This document shows, piece by piece, positions 19,261-27,519 of a stretch of 64,000 nucleotides of DNA. The stretch lies in assembly GCA_021399345.1 (NCBI GenBank), contig JAAFKI010000045.1:115228-179227 (forward strand). The letters are read 5' to 3'. The translations under genes were made by a program, and so were the position numbers. Below the pieces are notes generated by a model, which saw only the letters and a program-made list of their open reading frames with translations, was not told where the DNA came from and did no database searches. Origin of the DNA: Candidatus Heimdallarchaeota archaeon. GTDB taxonomy: Archaea > Asgardarchaeota > Heimdallarchaeia > Heimdallarchaeales > Heimdallarchaeaceae. Position 1 is the first letter of the stretch, and every line of letters begins with the position of its first letter.

Positions 19261-20775
19261 ATGTCATATGTTGAGAAAGCTTTCTATAAATATATCAAAA
19301 ACATCTTCACTAGCGGTTTTAAAGTACTCTTCAGCAAAAGATATATCTTTTACACTTTAGCTTTTGTTTTGATTAGTCTAACAACTACCATCTTCTATTT
19401 AATTCGTAAAAATGTTGAAGTTGGTCCTCCTGGAACACTGAAGATAGTAGCAGATATACTTATATCAATAGAGTTGTCTGTAGCTATCACATACGTGCTG
19501 TTCGGGCTATTTTTCTCAAAATATCAATTGAAATATTGGGTTCCTCCAGCAATATTATCTGCAGTTGGTGGAGCAGTATTACTTTACTTCGTTCCAATTA
19601 TTTCACCATATATCGCATCAATTTGTTATTTTAGCTGGATAATTGTATCTATATTTCTAACATTTTCACTATCAAGAAATTTCTGGGGAAGCAAGGTTTT
19701 AGGAAGCATCATGTTTCTTGGAAAACCAGCTGATGAAGGAACAATTATATTCAGTGGTATTGCGTTTTTCTTCTCATTAGTTAATTCGGTTTTAGCTGGT
19801 TATGTTATCTATGATTCCGTTAGAAGATTCTTGATACCACCAATAACAGCTGAAAGTATAACTAGTTTGGTCTTCACTTTAGTTACAGTCTTATTTGCAC
19901 TTATAGCCATAATTCTAGTTAATCTTATGATTTTTGTATGGGGAAAGAAGGATGATGTTTTCTACACAATTTTAGCATTCTTCTATGTTTTTTCCTCATT
20001 CACATTATGGAAATATGCACTTTACACATTCCAAAATAGAGCTGAAACTAACATAATTCCATATGATAATGCAGGAAGTATAATTATTGCTCTCTTCTTC
20101 ATTTTTTATACTGTTTCTAGTTATGGGAGAAAAGTAAAAAAAATAGAGAAGGGTGAGGCTAAGGAAATGATCCTATCTGTTGATGAATCAACTAAGAATG
20201 AAGATATCAGTGAAACTGAAGCTGAGGAGGAATGGTATTTATTGAAAATTCCCAGATTTATGGGTCCTTTAGGAGTTTTAATCACTTTAATGGGATTGGT
20301 TTTAGGATATCATGTAACTATTCTTCAGTTTATTGCAACTGAAGATCTCTTCACTCAAACCTTTTTCTCACTAAACGATCTGGTTGGTTTAAAGGATAAA
20401 ATAGCAATTATTCTTTTACCTTTGATAATAATGTTCTTCCTATTTAGCTACAAATGGTCTTCAAGATTTCGTAGATATTCTTCACCTGAATTATATCGAT
20501 TTGAATTTCTTCCATCATTTGAAGAATTAGAAGAAAGACTAGACAGAATCAAACGTGGGGAAGATTCATGGAAGGATTACGCAAACATGATAATTAAGGA
20601 GGGGATTAAAATAGGTGCAAAATCAGCAGCACAGAAAGTTTTTATCGCCCCTACCAAAAAAGTTGCAGGAGCTATTGTTGGAGCTTACTCCAAAACGAGA
20701 AGTGGTGTTTCTAGAGGTTTTAGAAAGGTTTTTAGGAGAAAATCTAAAGAAAAAAATGACTTAGAAAACTCCTAA
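19261..20775 (+). CDS. polytopic membrane protein of unknown function
   Basis: 504 aa with roughly ten hydrophobic segments, an acidic loop (DESTKNEDISETEAEEE) and a basic C-terminal tail. Confidence 0.7.
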   Translation: MSYVEKAFYKYIKNIFTSGFKVLFSKRYIFYTLAFVLISLTTTIFYLIRKNVEVGPPGTLKIVADILISIELSVAITYVLFGLFFSKYQLKYWVPPAILSAVGGAVLLYFVPIISPYIASICYFSWIIVSIFLTFSLSRNFWGSKVLGSIMFLGKPADEGTIIFSGIAFFFSLVNSVLAGYVIYDSVRRFLIPPITAESITSLVFTLVTVLFALIAIILVNLMIFVWGKKDDVFYTILAFFYVFSSFTLWKYALYTFQNRAETNIIPYDNAGSIIIALFFIFYTVSSYGRKVKKIEKGEAKEMILSVDESTKNEDISETEAEEEWYLLKIPRFMGPLGVLITLMGLVLGYHVTILQFIATEDLFTQTFFSLNDLVGLKDKIAIILLPLIIMFFLFSYKWSSRFRRYSSPELYRFEFLPSFEELEERLDRIKRGEDSWKDYANMIIKEGIKIGAKSAAQKVFIAPTKKVAGAIVGAYSKTRSGVSRGFRKVFRRKSKEKNDLENS

Positions 20776-20788
20776 CTTTCTCTACTTT

Positions 20789-22909
20789 TTATATTGTTTT
20801 AACTTCTAATTCGGATAGATGTTCAATGAAGAATTTCATAACTTTCTTTTTTACTCCAGAATAGAATTTAATTGAACCTACAACTTCGTGCCCACCGCCC
20901 TCAACATCGGCTTCAGAAATTTTGTTTTGTATTAATTTCACTGCATCGGGAAAATTGATTAAAAGTCCCTTAGAACGAAGAATTATGAAGTCTGGACCTT
21001 CGCCAAGAGTAACCACAGCTTTATCAGGATTTTCTTGACAATGATGATCGAAAATTAATCCTGTTAGTTTACCAGGATTCGGGAAAGTAAATCTATGTGT
21101 ATACAACTCTACATCTATAGTTACCAGTAACGCACCATTTGCTAGCTCCTTGACTTTACTATGAGGAAGAGCATTCTTATACGCTTTATCCATCATCTCT
21201 CTTGTTTCATTTCCGATTAAAGTATACATCTTTGTATGCCATTCTATTGAAGTATCAACGCCAAATAATATTTTCAAAAGGTTTTGTCCTTCTGAAAATC
21301 TTAGTTGATATACTTCATAGTCCACAGCTATACCAATTTTTTTCAGATCATCAATCGTATAATCTTTGGATTCAGCTAACTTGATGTATTGCTCCAGTTC
21401 TTTTCCTTCAACTCTATCCATCAACCCTGCAATTGCTGGTAGATGTAGCAAATCATCATGAATATCAGAGCTGATTATCCTAGCCAATTCAAACCCTAAC
21501 ATACCTGCAGACAGTTCATAACCTCCTCCGACGAAATATGGATTTACATGTATATCTACTAAATCTTTGATTTCTTTATCGGGAAAATGGTGATCTATTA
21601 CAATTACTTCTAAATCTAGAGATTTAATTTGTAAATAAGGAAAGAGAGATTCAGTACTCGATCCAAAATCTAAGCATACGAATAAGGGTAACTTGTCACC
21701 AAATCTTTCTTGATCTGCTAAAGCAAAGTCAAGGTCTTTTGTAACATCAATAGCATCATAGAATGGTGGTTTATTGGGTAGGCGTTTTAACCTCATCCTT
21801 ATTGTATCATTATCATATCCCTCTTTTTCCATCAAGTTTTTGATAGCCATCTTGACTGCAAATCCTGCAACTGTACCATCGGCATCAGCATGATTTCGTA
21901 TTATTATAGGTTGACCTGTGAAAATGGCTTTTCTAATACGTTTAGCAGCTTTAGTTAGGTCTGGTCTAAGTTTTTCAAGAAGCTCACTTTTTATCGAAAA
22001 GTCTATTTTTTGGGGAGTAGCTTTTTCATCTATCGCTTTTTCGATTTCTTTTACCAAACTAGAACTCTCAGCTTCATCCAAAGCTTCCATGTCTTTTATT
22101 TCAATTTGTAAAATATCTCTGTGCTTATTTATTTCCCCGAAAATTGCTACAACTGTATCTTCTTCTATTTCTGGAAATGCTCTTTCTCCAGGTTTAATGA
22201 ATGCAGCACCATTAATTGAGCCAGTTTGATCAGCAAGTGTAAAACGAGTTGGTCCCGATGTTTGTAAAACAGATACAACTTGTGCATTAAGAGAGATAAA
22301 GGACCCTTCCATGTCTTGATTCAAGTTACTAATTTGGAGTTTTCTTACTCTACCTCGTAAAGATTCTATTGCATAATCATCTATATTCAGAGGAATACCA
22401 AAAAGCTTCCCTTGATCATTTATGAAATTAACCTTAACAATCACTTCCTCTCCAATATCCCATGCATAGTCTTGAGTTACATCCTTTGTTCTTATTAAAA
22501 CATTCAAATCAGGAGCAATTTGAACAAAAACACCTACTTTTTTCACAGCATCAACTCTAGAAAGAAGTAACATCCCTTTTCTGACTAGTCGGGAATCAAT
22601 AGGGGGTTTTAAACTATAAACTACTGGAACCTTCTTATCCTCACAACCACTACATAAGCCAGAAGATGTAGGTTCTTTTATTATTTTCTTGCAATTTGAA
22701 CATAATTGAACTGATTGTTTCCCTCCACACGTTGGACACTTTTCACGCAAAATAATTTTTCCTGTTCCCTTACACTTCTCACAAGCCTGTCCTTCTTTAG
22801 CTTCACCTAGTGTGAAGGATGTTTTACCTATACCTAAACACGAAGGACAAGTCATTTTTTCTTTTATAATCTTTCCTCGACCTTTACAAGTGGGACATTT
22901 TGAACTCAA
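20789..22909 (-). CDS. RecJ-like DHH/DHHA1 phosphoesterase with N-terminal DnaJ-type zinc-finger array and OB-fold region
   Basis: N-terminus: CPTCKGRGK, CPSCLGIGK, CEKCKGTGK, CPTCGGK, then CSNC...CSGC. Next an S1/OB-like stretch (GMLLLSRVDAVKKVGVFVQIAPDLNVLIRTKDV; ISLNAQVVSVLQTSGPTRFTLADQTGSINGAAFI). DHH motifs NHADADGTVAG, CLDFGS and VIDHH, and the DHHA1 motif GGGHEVVGS. Confidence 0.8.
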   Translation of the reverse strand: MSSKCPTCKGRGKIIKEKMTCPSCLGIGKTSFTLGEAKEGQACEKCKGTGKIILREKCPTCGGKQSVQLCSNCKKIIKEPTSSGLCSGCEDKKVPVVYSLKPPIDSRLVRKGMLLLSRVDAVKKVGVFVQIAPDLNVLIRTKDVTQDYAWDIGEEVIVKVNFINDQGKLFGIPLNIDDYAIESLRGRVRKLQISNLNQDMEGSFISLNAQVVSVLQTSGPTRFTLADQTGSINGAAFIKPGERAFPEIEEDTVVAIFGEINKHRDILQIEIKDMEALDEAESSSLVKEIEKAIDEKATPQKIDFSIKSELLEKLRPDLTKAAKRIRKAIFTGQPIIIRNHADADGTVAGFAVKMAIKNLMEKEGYDNDTIRMRLKRLPNKPPFYDAIDVTKDLDFALADQERFGDKLPLFVCLDFGSSTESLFPYLQIKSLDLEVIVIDHHFPDKEIKDLVDIHVNPYFVGGGYELSAGMLGFELARIISSDIHDDLLHLPAIAGLMDRVEGKELEQYIKLAESKDYTIDDLKKIGIAVDYEVYQLRFSEGQNLLKILFGVDTSIEWHTKMYTLIGNETREMMDKAYKNALPHSKVKELANGALLVTIDVELYTHRFTFPNPGKLTGLIFDHHCQENPDKAVVTLGEGPDFIILRSKGLLINFPDAVKLIQNKISEADVEGGGHEVVGSIKFYSGVKKKVMKFFIEHLSELEVKTI

Positions 22910-22984
22910 GATTTATACACCTATATCTAATAATAGACTAACGAAACAAAAATTCAATATACAAAAAAATTACGTTGTAAGAGA

Positions 22985-23368
22985 TTAATCTGGAATTAAG
23001 GCTATTTCACTGAAATTAAGTAATCTAGTGAATAATAGATTGCTTATTTCCAGTTTTAGTTTTTCTGAACTATCTTCAAATCTTTCTGCAGCACTATAGA
23101 TTTTCATTGAAAGTTCTGCATCCCCAAAAACATAATGTACATAAAAAGCTAAATCTCGGGTTCCTGCATCATCAGAGTCTTCACATGAACACACATGAGC
23201 TTTGATTATTACAGGACTTAGATCCAATACGCACTCGTATAATTCTTCTAATGTTGAGCTGGAACAAAGAACACCAAGTGTATCAGGTGAAATAAATTTG
23301 AACCTTTCATTTGGTCCTTCATCACCACTAGCCATTTTAGCCAGTACTTTAAGCGTAGTTAGATCCAC
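22985..23368 (-). CDS. acidic hypothetical protein (127 aa)
   Basis: ORF 22 bp downstream of the roadblock gene on the same strand. No recognised motif; Cys/Asp-rich centre (HVCSCEDSDDAGT). Confidence 0.55.
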   Translation of the reverse strand: MDLTTLKVLAKMASGDEGPNERFKFISPDTLGVLCSSSTLEELYECVLDLSPVIIKAHVCSCEDSDDAGTRDLAFYVHYVFGDAELSMKIYSAAERFEDSSEKLKLEISNLLFTRLLNFSEIALIPD

Positions 23369-23390
23369 AGTTTTTCACCTCATTGCTTGT

Positions 23391-23777
23391 TTAACTTATC
23401 ATCATTGGGGTTAGTTGTTGCAATAATCGTTTAATATTGTGTTCCAGAAGGCCTCTGTTTTCTTCTTTGGTAGTTATAATTACTGCGTAATATTCATCAC
23501 CAATTGGACGAAGATAAACAAAGTGATCCTTTTCTTCAATTGTAACACTCATCAAAGTAAATTCTTTCATTAATTGTTGGAGGGATTCCTTTGCTAGAGA
23601 AAGCATCTTTTCACTTAACCATTGAATAACAAGTCTTTCAAATTTCTGTGATGATTCCGCTAACAATAAAGCATCTTTAGCATAAATAATTGAACAACCC
23701 AATACTCCTTCTGTATTAGATTCAAATTCATGTAGCATTTTTTCTATTTGTTGTCCAGATAGACTCATCTTATCCAC
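23391..23777 (-). CDS. Roadblock/LC7-like domain protein
   Basis: TEGVLGCSIIYAKDALLLAESS...LMSVTIEEKDHFVYLRPIGDEYYAVIITTKEEN follows the roadblock pattern (helix, beta-hairpin, helix, three strands). 128 aa. Confidence 0.6.
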   Translation of the reverse strand: MDKMSLSGQQIEKMLHEFESNTEGVLGCSIIYAKDALLLAESSQKFERLVIQWLSEKMLSLAKESLQQLMKEFTLMSVTIEEKDHFVYLRPIGDEYYAVIITTKEENRGLLEHNIKRLLQQLTPMMIS

Positions 23778-23925
23778 CAGTTTCTTTGGGTAAGTAGTAA
23801 TACTAATAGTATATCAATCTTATCTTTATTTTTGAATGTTCATTCAGTGATAGAATGCGGATTTAGTATATAAACTCTCAAGTTTAGAAAAAAAACTTCA
23901 TGCTGAAGTAGAATATTGAAATTTT

Positions 23926-24852
23926 TTATAACATTCTCTCAACAAACATAGAAATTCTACTCATGTGAGGAGACATAGATTCTAATTCATCTCGAAAACT
24001 ACTAAAAACAATAGCTTTTGAGGTTTGATTCTTGTTTGAATAAACCAATACCCAGTATAATTCATCCTCCACTGTAATTGATTTAATTAGATTTTCTGAG
24101 GATTTAGGATCGATGCTAATTTCTGAAGGATTGGACATAATGTATTTTATTACTGGATATATTTCGGAAAATACTCGTCGACTAAAAACAAATGAAAAAA
24201 GCTGGTCATCCTTTGCAACTGCAAATAAACTTGAAATTAGTCTCTTATACCCCAAGAAGAAATTTGTTAAAGATTTCTTAATACTATTAATTTTATCTCC
24301 ACCCAATTTTTCTTCGTCAGTTAGAACCTCTACGAAAAATTCCTCCATCTTGACTGTTGGGATAGAAATTTCAGGGAGAGGTAAAGATTCTTCTGTAATT
24401 ACTTCATTATCAATATATCTCTCTGGTTTTTTCTGTCCTTTTCTTCTAATTTCTGCAACTAAATCCAAGGGTATAATTGTATCCCCAATATCAAACAGAG
24501 AAGAAATTTCACTAATAGATTTATTTTCTGTCAATATTTCATACCTAAGAGATATATTATGTATAAGTGTACTTTCAATTTCTTTGCTTAGGGTTTCCTT
24601 AGTAATAATAACAAGTAATTTTCCGTCATGAAGTTCTGCAAAAAGAAATTTGCTCGTACCAAAATCTATTGTTCTAACCTCTTCATTACCCATAGCATAA
24701 GTATAGCTGTGCAGTGCCGATATGAAACCGAATACTAATACATCATCAATATTCAAGAAATCTGTGAATTTTTCAGTAAATACACTAATTCCTTGATCTA
24801 TAATTTGAATTGAGAAAATCTTCTCTTTGTATTTGGAAATATCAACACTCAT
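23926..24852 (-). CDS. two-domain longin/roadblock-like protein
   Basis: The N-terminal half (IFSIQIIDQGISVFTEKF...DDVLVFGFISALHSYTYAMGNEEVRTIDFGTSKFLFAELHDGKLLVIITKE) has the longin/roadblock-style beta-beta-alpha-beta-beta-beta pattern. After a charged linker, the C-terminal half (DDQLFSFVFSRR...ELYWVLVYSNKNQTSKAIVFSS) has a similar beta-rich pattern. The fold assignment is by eye only. Confidence 0.5.
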   Translation of the reverse strand: MSVDISKYKEKIFSIQIIDQGISVFTEKFTDFLNIDDVLVFGFISALHSYTYAMGNEEVRTIDFGTSKFLFAELHDGKLLVIITKETLSKEIESTLIHNISLRYEILTENKSISEISSLFDIGDTIIPLDLVAEIRRKGQKKPERYIDNEVITEESLPLPEISIPTVKMEEFFVEVLTDEEKLGGDKINSIKKSLTNFFLGYKRLISSLFAVAKDDQLFSFVFSRRVFSEIYPVIKYIMSNPSEISIDPKSSENLIKSITVEDELYWVLVYSNKNQTSKAIVFSSFRDELESMSPHMSRISMFVERML

Positions 24853-24884
24853 TGGATAGAGATATAGTAAGAGGATTTTTATTC

Positions 24885-25442
24885 TTATTGTTGTTTTTCA
24901 CTAAAAAAATCAGCGATTTTTGATTGTGTATAGAAAGTTAGTCCAACAGATTCTAAATTTCTTTGAATGTAATCTTGTGTGGATGAGAACATGTAAACGT
25001 TTCTCTTCCATATAGTTTCTAAGTCCTTATTATCCGGAAAACTTCGATTTTTTCTCCAATTTTTTCGTCTATTTTTATAAATTCCATAATCTTTCAAGAG
25101 AACAAGATATCCTATGAATGTGACCCTCTTCAAAACATGAGAAAATTTCTTTCTTTCTAGTTCCCGTAAAATCAAAATTCTTAGATATTCATTTAGTTGT
25201 TCTAGAAACTTATCTTCATTTCCTGCAGATACTTTATTGTGATGTTTTGCTTCAAAAACAATATAGTATGTTTTGTCCCTAATAGATCTTTTAGCTAATA
25301 TATCTAATCTCCTATTCTCAATCTTTTTCTCTTCCCAAACCTCAAAACTATTATTGTGTAAAAAATGTGCTATTGAACTTTGAGCCACCCTCCATGCCTC
25401 AGGAGATTTTTCATTATTTGGATTCATATAGAGTTTTCCCAT
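24885..25442 (-). CDS. PD-(D/E)xK nuclease-fold protein (Hjc/restriction-endonuclease-like)
   Basis: RRLDILAKRS...YYIVFEAKHH gives D...E-x-K after an N-terminal helix (EAWRVAQSSIAHFL), as in Hjc-type nucleases. Its second Met codon (25425-25427) forms an ATGA overlap with the TPR gene stop. Confidence 0.55.
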   Translation of the reverse strand: MGKLYMNPNNEKSPEAWRVAQSSIAHFLHNNSFEVWEEKKIENRRLDILAKRSIRDKTYYIVFEAKHHNKVSAGNEDKFLEQLNEYLRILILRELERKKFSHVLKRVTFIGYLVLLKDYGIYKNRRKNWRKNRSFPDNKDLETIWKRNVYMFSSTQDYIQRNLESVGLTFYTQSKIADFFSEKQQ

Positions 25443-27199
25443 TCTTCAAATCGTGCAGCTGTTTTATAATCTTTATTCTTTATAGCAATGTCTTTTGCTT
25501 TGTTATAGCAATTTTTAGCTTCATTCTTAAGTTTCAATTCTTCATAGAGTATCCCAAGATTCGCCCAAGAAATGGCTTTGCTTGGTTCAATATCTATAGC
25601 TGTTTGATAAGCATCAATCGCTTCATCATATCTCTTTAATTCTTTTAAAACATTACCTAAATTGTTTAAAGCTGCATGATCTTCAGGATTTAATTCCAAT
25701 ACTTTTTTGTATGTTTCTTCAGCCTTTTTGTAAAGTGATAATTCTTGATATGCTAGCCCAAGATTAAACTGTATCCTAGAATCATTCGGATCAAATGATA
25801 TTACTTTTCTGAAAGCTTCACTTGCACCAAGATAGTCTTTAGCTCTCATAAGAAGATCACCTATTTTATTCCAAAGAGTAGTTTCATCCCAAGGGAGATA
25901 AGAAGATACCATCTTAAGAATGCGAACTAATCGTTTATCATCATGAAGCACAGTTAAAATTGAAGTAATTTTCTGAAGATATTTTTGAACTTCTTTTCCA
26001 GACATCAGTAATTCTTCATAGATGCTTATGGCTTCATCTACCTTTCCCATTCTTTCATAAACCAAAGCCAAATTTTCTAATATTCCTGCATTCTCGGGAA
26101 ATTTTGATACACCTATCTGGAGTATTTCCAGAGAATTATCATATTTCTTTCTACTAATTAGCCCAGTTACGAAACGAACAATTGCTTCAGCTGAAGACAT
26201 CAATTGAATTTGCTTAATAAAGTACTCATACTCTCCCATAGATTCAATAGTTGCTATAGCTATTCCAGCTAAAGTCCAACACTCTAAACATTCTGGATCC
26301 AGTGTTAAAGCAGTCTTAATTGCTTTGATAGCTTGTTCATTTTTATGCTGAGCAAAGAAACAATCAGCTAATTCATTCCAATACTCAGGTATATCATTCT
26401 TAATCTGAAGTGCTTTCTTGAAATATTCTTCAGCAATGAGGTAATGTTTGCCTTCAAATGCCGCTTTTCCAGTGAAAAATAATATTACATGGCTATCTGG
26501 TTGTTTAAGAACTACGCTTGAAAAGAGAATGAAAGCTTCATCAGTATTATTATTTGCTAAAGCTTCTTGCCCGTTAACAAAATCTTTGTTTGCGTATAAT
26601 TCCCTTAACTCGTGCTCAAATTGTTGTTTCAATTCAGTTGATGTTTGTGCTCTTCGAGTTAGAGATTTCAAAGATTTTGGTAGGGGATAAGCAGTTGAAA
26701 TATTCAATATCCTATATGCATCTGATGTTGAATCTTTTTTCTCATTGTTTGAATGTTCTATAAAATCTGGACGAAGCCTAAGATAACAATCCATTGCTTC
26801 CTTATGTTTACCTTGAAGCATGTATATTGACATCAAGTTTGCCCATGCGAATTGGTTGTCTGGATTGTAATTAGACAATTTACTATAAATTTCGATTGCC
26901 ATATCATATTCTTTAATTTCAGTTAAAAGATTAGCTAGAATAATAACTTCATCTTCACGATCATAAGGTAGTTTAGAAAGTTCTTTTTTCAGTACTTTCT
27001 TTATTAAATCAAAATTATCTGTAAACTCTTTAAGAAAAATGTCATCCTCGAATTTGAATAGACTTGAAGTAATTTCACCAGGAGGATAACTTGCATATAT
27101 TTTACTGGTTGAATGTACAATTTCAGAAGCTATAGTCTCCAATAGGAGGGTAGTATTTTTCAACATCTCATCTATTGGTCTAATATTTTCTTGTGTCAT
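25424..27199 (-). CDS. tetratricopeptide-repeat (TPR) protein
   Basis: 591 aa with many 34-aa units of the W/A-x-N-L-G-x-x-Y...A...Y/F...A-L/I-x-x-x-P type (e.g. ALNNLGNVLKELKRYDEAIDAYQTAIDIEP, SWANLGILYEELKLKNEAKNCYNKA). Confidence 0.9.
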   Translation of the reverse strand: MTQENIRPIDEMLKNTTLLLETIASEIVHSTSKIYASYPPGEITSSLFKFEDDIFLKEFTDNFDLIKKVLKKELSKLPYDREDEVIILANLLTEIKEYDMAIEIYSKLSNYNPDNQFAWANLMSIYMLQGKHKEAMDCYLRLRPDFIEHSNNEKKDSTSDAYRILNISTAYPLPKSLKSLTRRAQTSTELKQQFEHELRELYANKDFVNGQEALANNNTDEAFILFSSVVLKQPDSHVILFFTGKAAFEGKHYLIAEEYFKKALQIKNDIPEYWNELADCFFAQHKNEQAIKAIKTALTLDPECLECWTLAGIAIATIESMGEYEYFIKQIQLMSSAEAIVRFVTGLISRKKYDNSLEILQIGVSKFPENAGILENLALVYERMGKVDEAISIYEELLMSGKEVQKYLQKITSILTVLHDDKRLVRILKMVSSYLPWDETTLWNKIGDLLMRAKDYLGASEAFRKVISFDPNDSRIQFNLGLAYQELSLYKKAEETYKKVLELNPEDHAALNNLGNVLKELKRYDEAIDAYQTAIDIEPSKAISWANLGILYEELKLKNEAKNCYNKAKDIAIKNKDYKTAARFEEWENSI

Positions 27200-27484
27200 T
27201 TAATTTCACAAACCAGACTATTTGCTTTACCCCCTAAGTCGTAAATGACCCCAACCAGAGGTTCGTATTAGTTTTTGACTAATCTCTTTGAAATAGCTTT
27301 TCATTACTCGTTGTATTTAAACATTGCTAGTTAATTTTTGATTACTAGTCTAGTTTCAATAATATAATTCACACGGGTATTTATTAATATAATCTTCTAA
27401 AAAAATGGAGTTAGTGCAAAAAATCGAATTTTCAACTATTTCTTAATCGTCTGTTTTACGTTTTCTCTACTCATGCAATAAAGC

Positions 27485-27490
27485 TTATAT
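27485..27490 (+). promoter_or_regulatory. TATA-box-like element upstream of xpd
   Basis: ttatat is centred ~32 bp upstream of the ATG at 27520, consistent with a very short or absent 5' leader. Confidence 0.35.
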
Positions 27491-27519
27491 GGACTCTCAT
27501 AAACGAAACAAAGACACTT

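Noticed and set aside
24113-24631. 172-aa plus-strand ORF antisense to the longin/roadblock-like gene. Other long antisense ORFs are similar: 18290-18640, 8820-9170, 45296-45733, 7977-8264, 21918-22229 and 52319-52588.
   Set aside because: Their translations are low-complexity Ser/Ile/Leu/Phe-rich strings with no motifs. The opposite-strand genes have clear domain signatures. These look like shadow ORFs of the real genes.
27200-27519. Longest intergenic spacer in the window; checked for tRNA/ncRNA or a small gene.
   Set aside because: No GC-rich stem-forming segments, no tRNA-like acceptor/T-arm pattern, and only a 13-codon ORF. It is most simply a divergent promoter region for the TPR operon and xpd.
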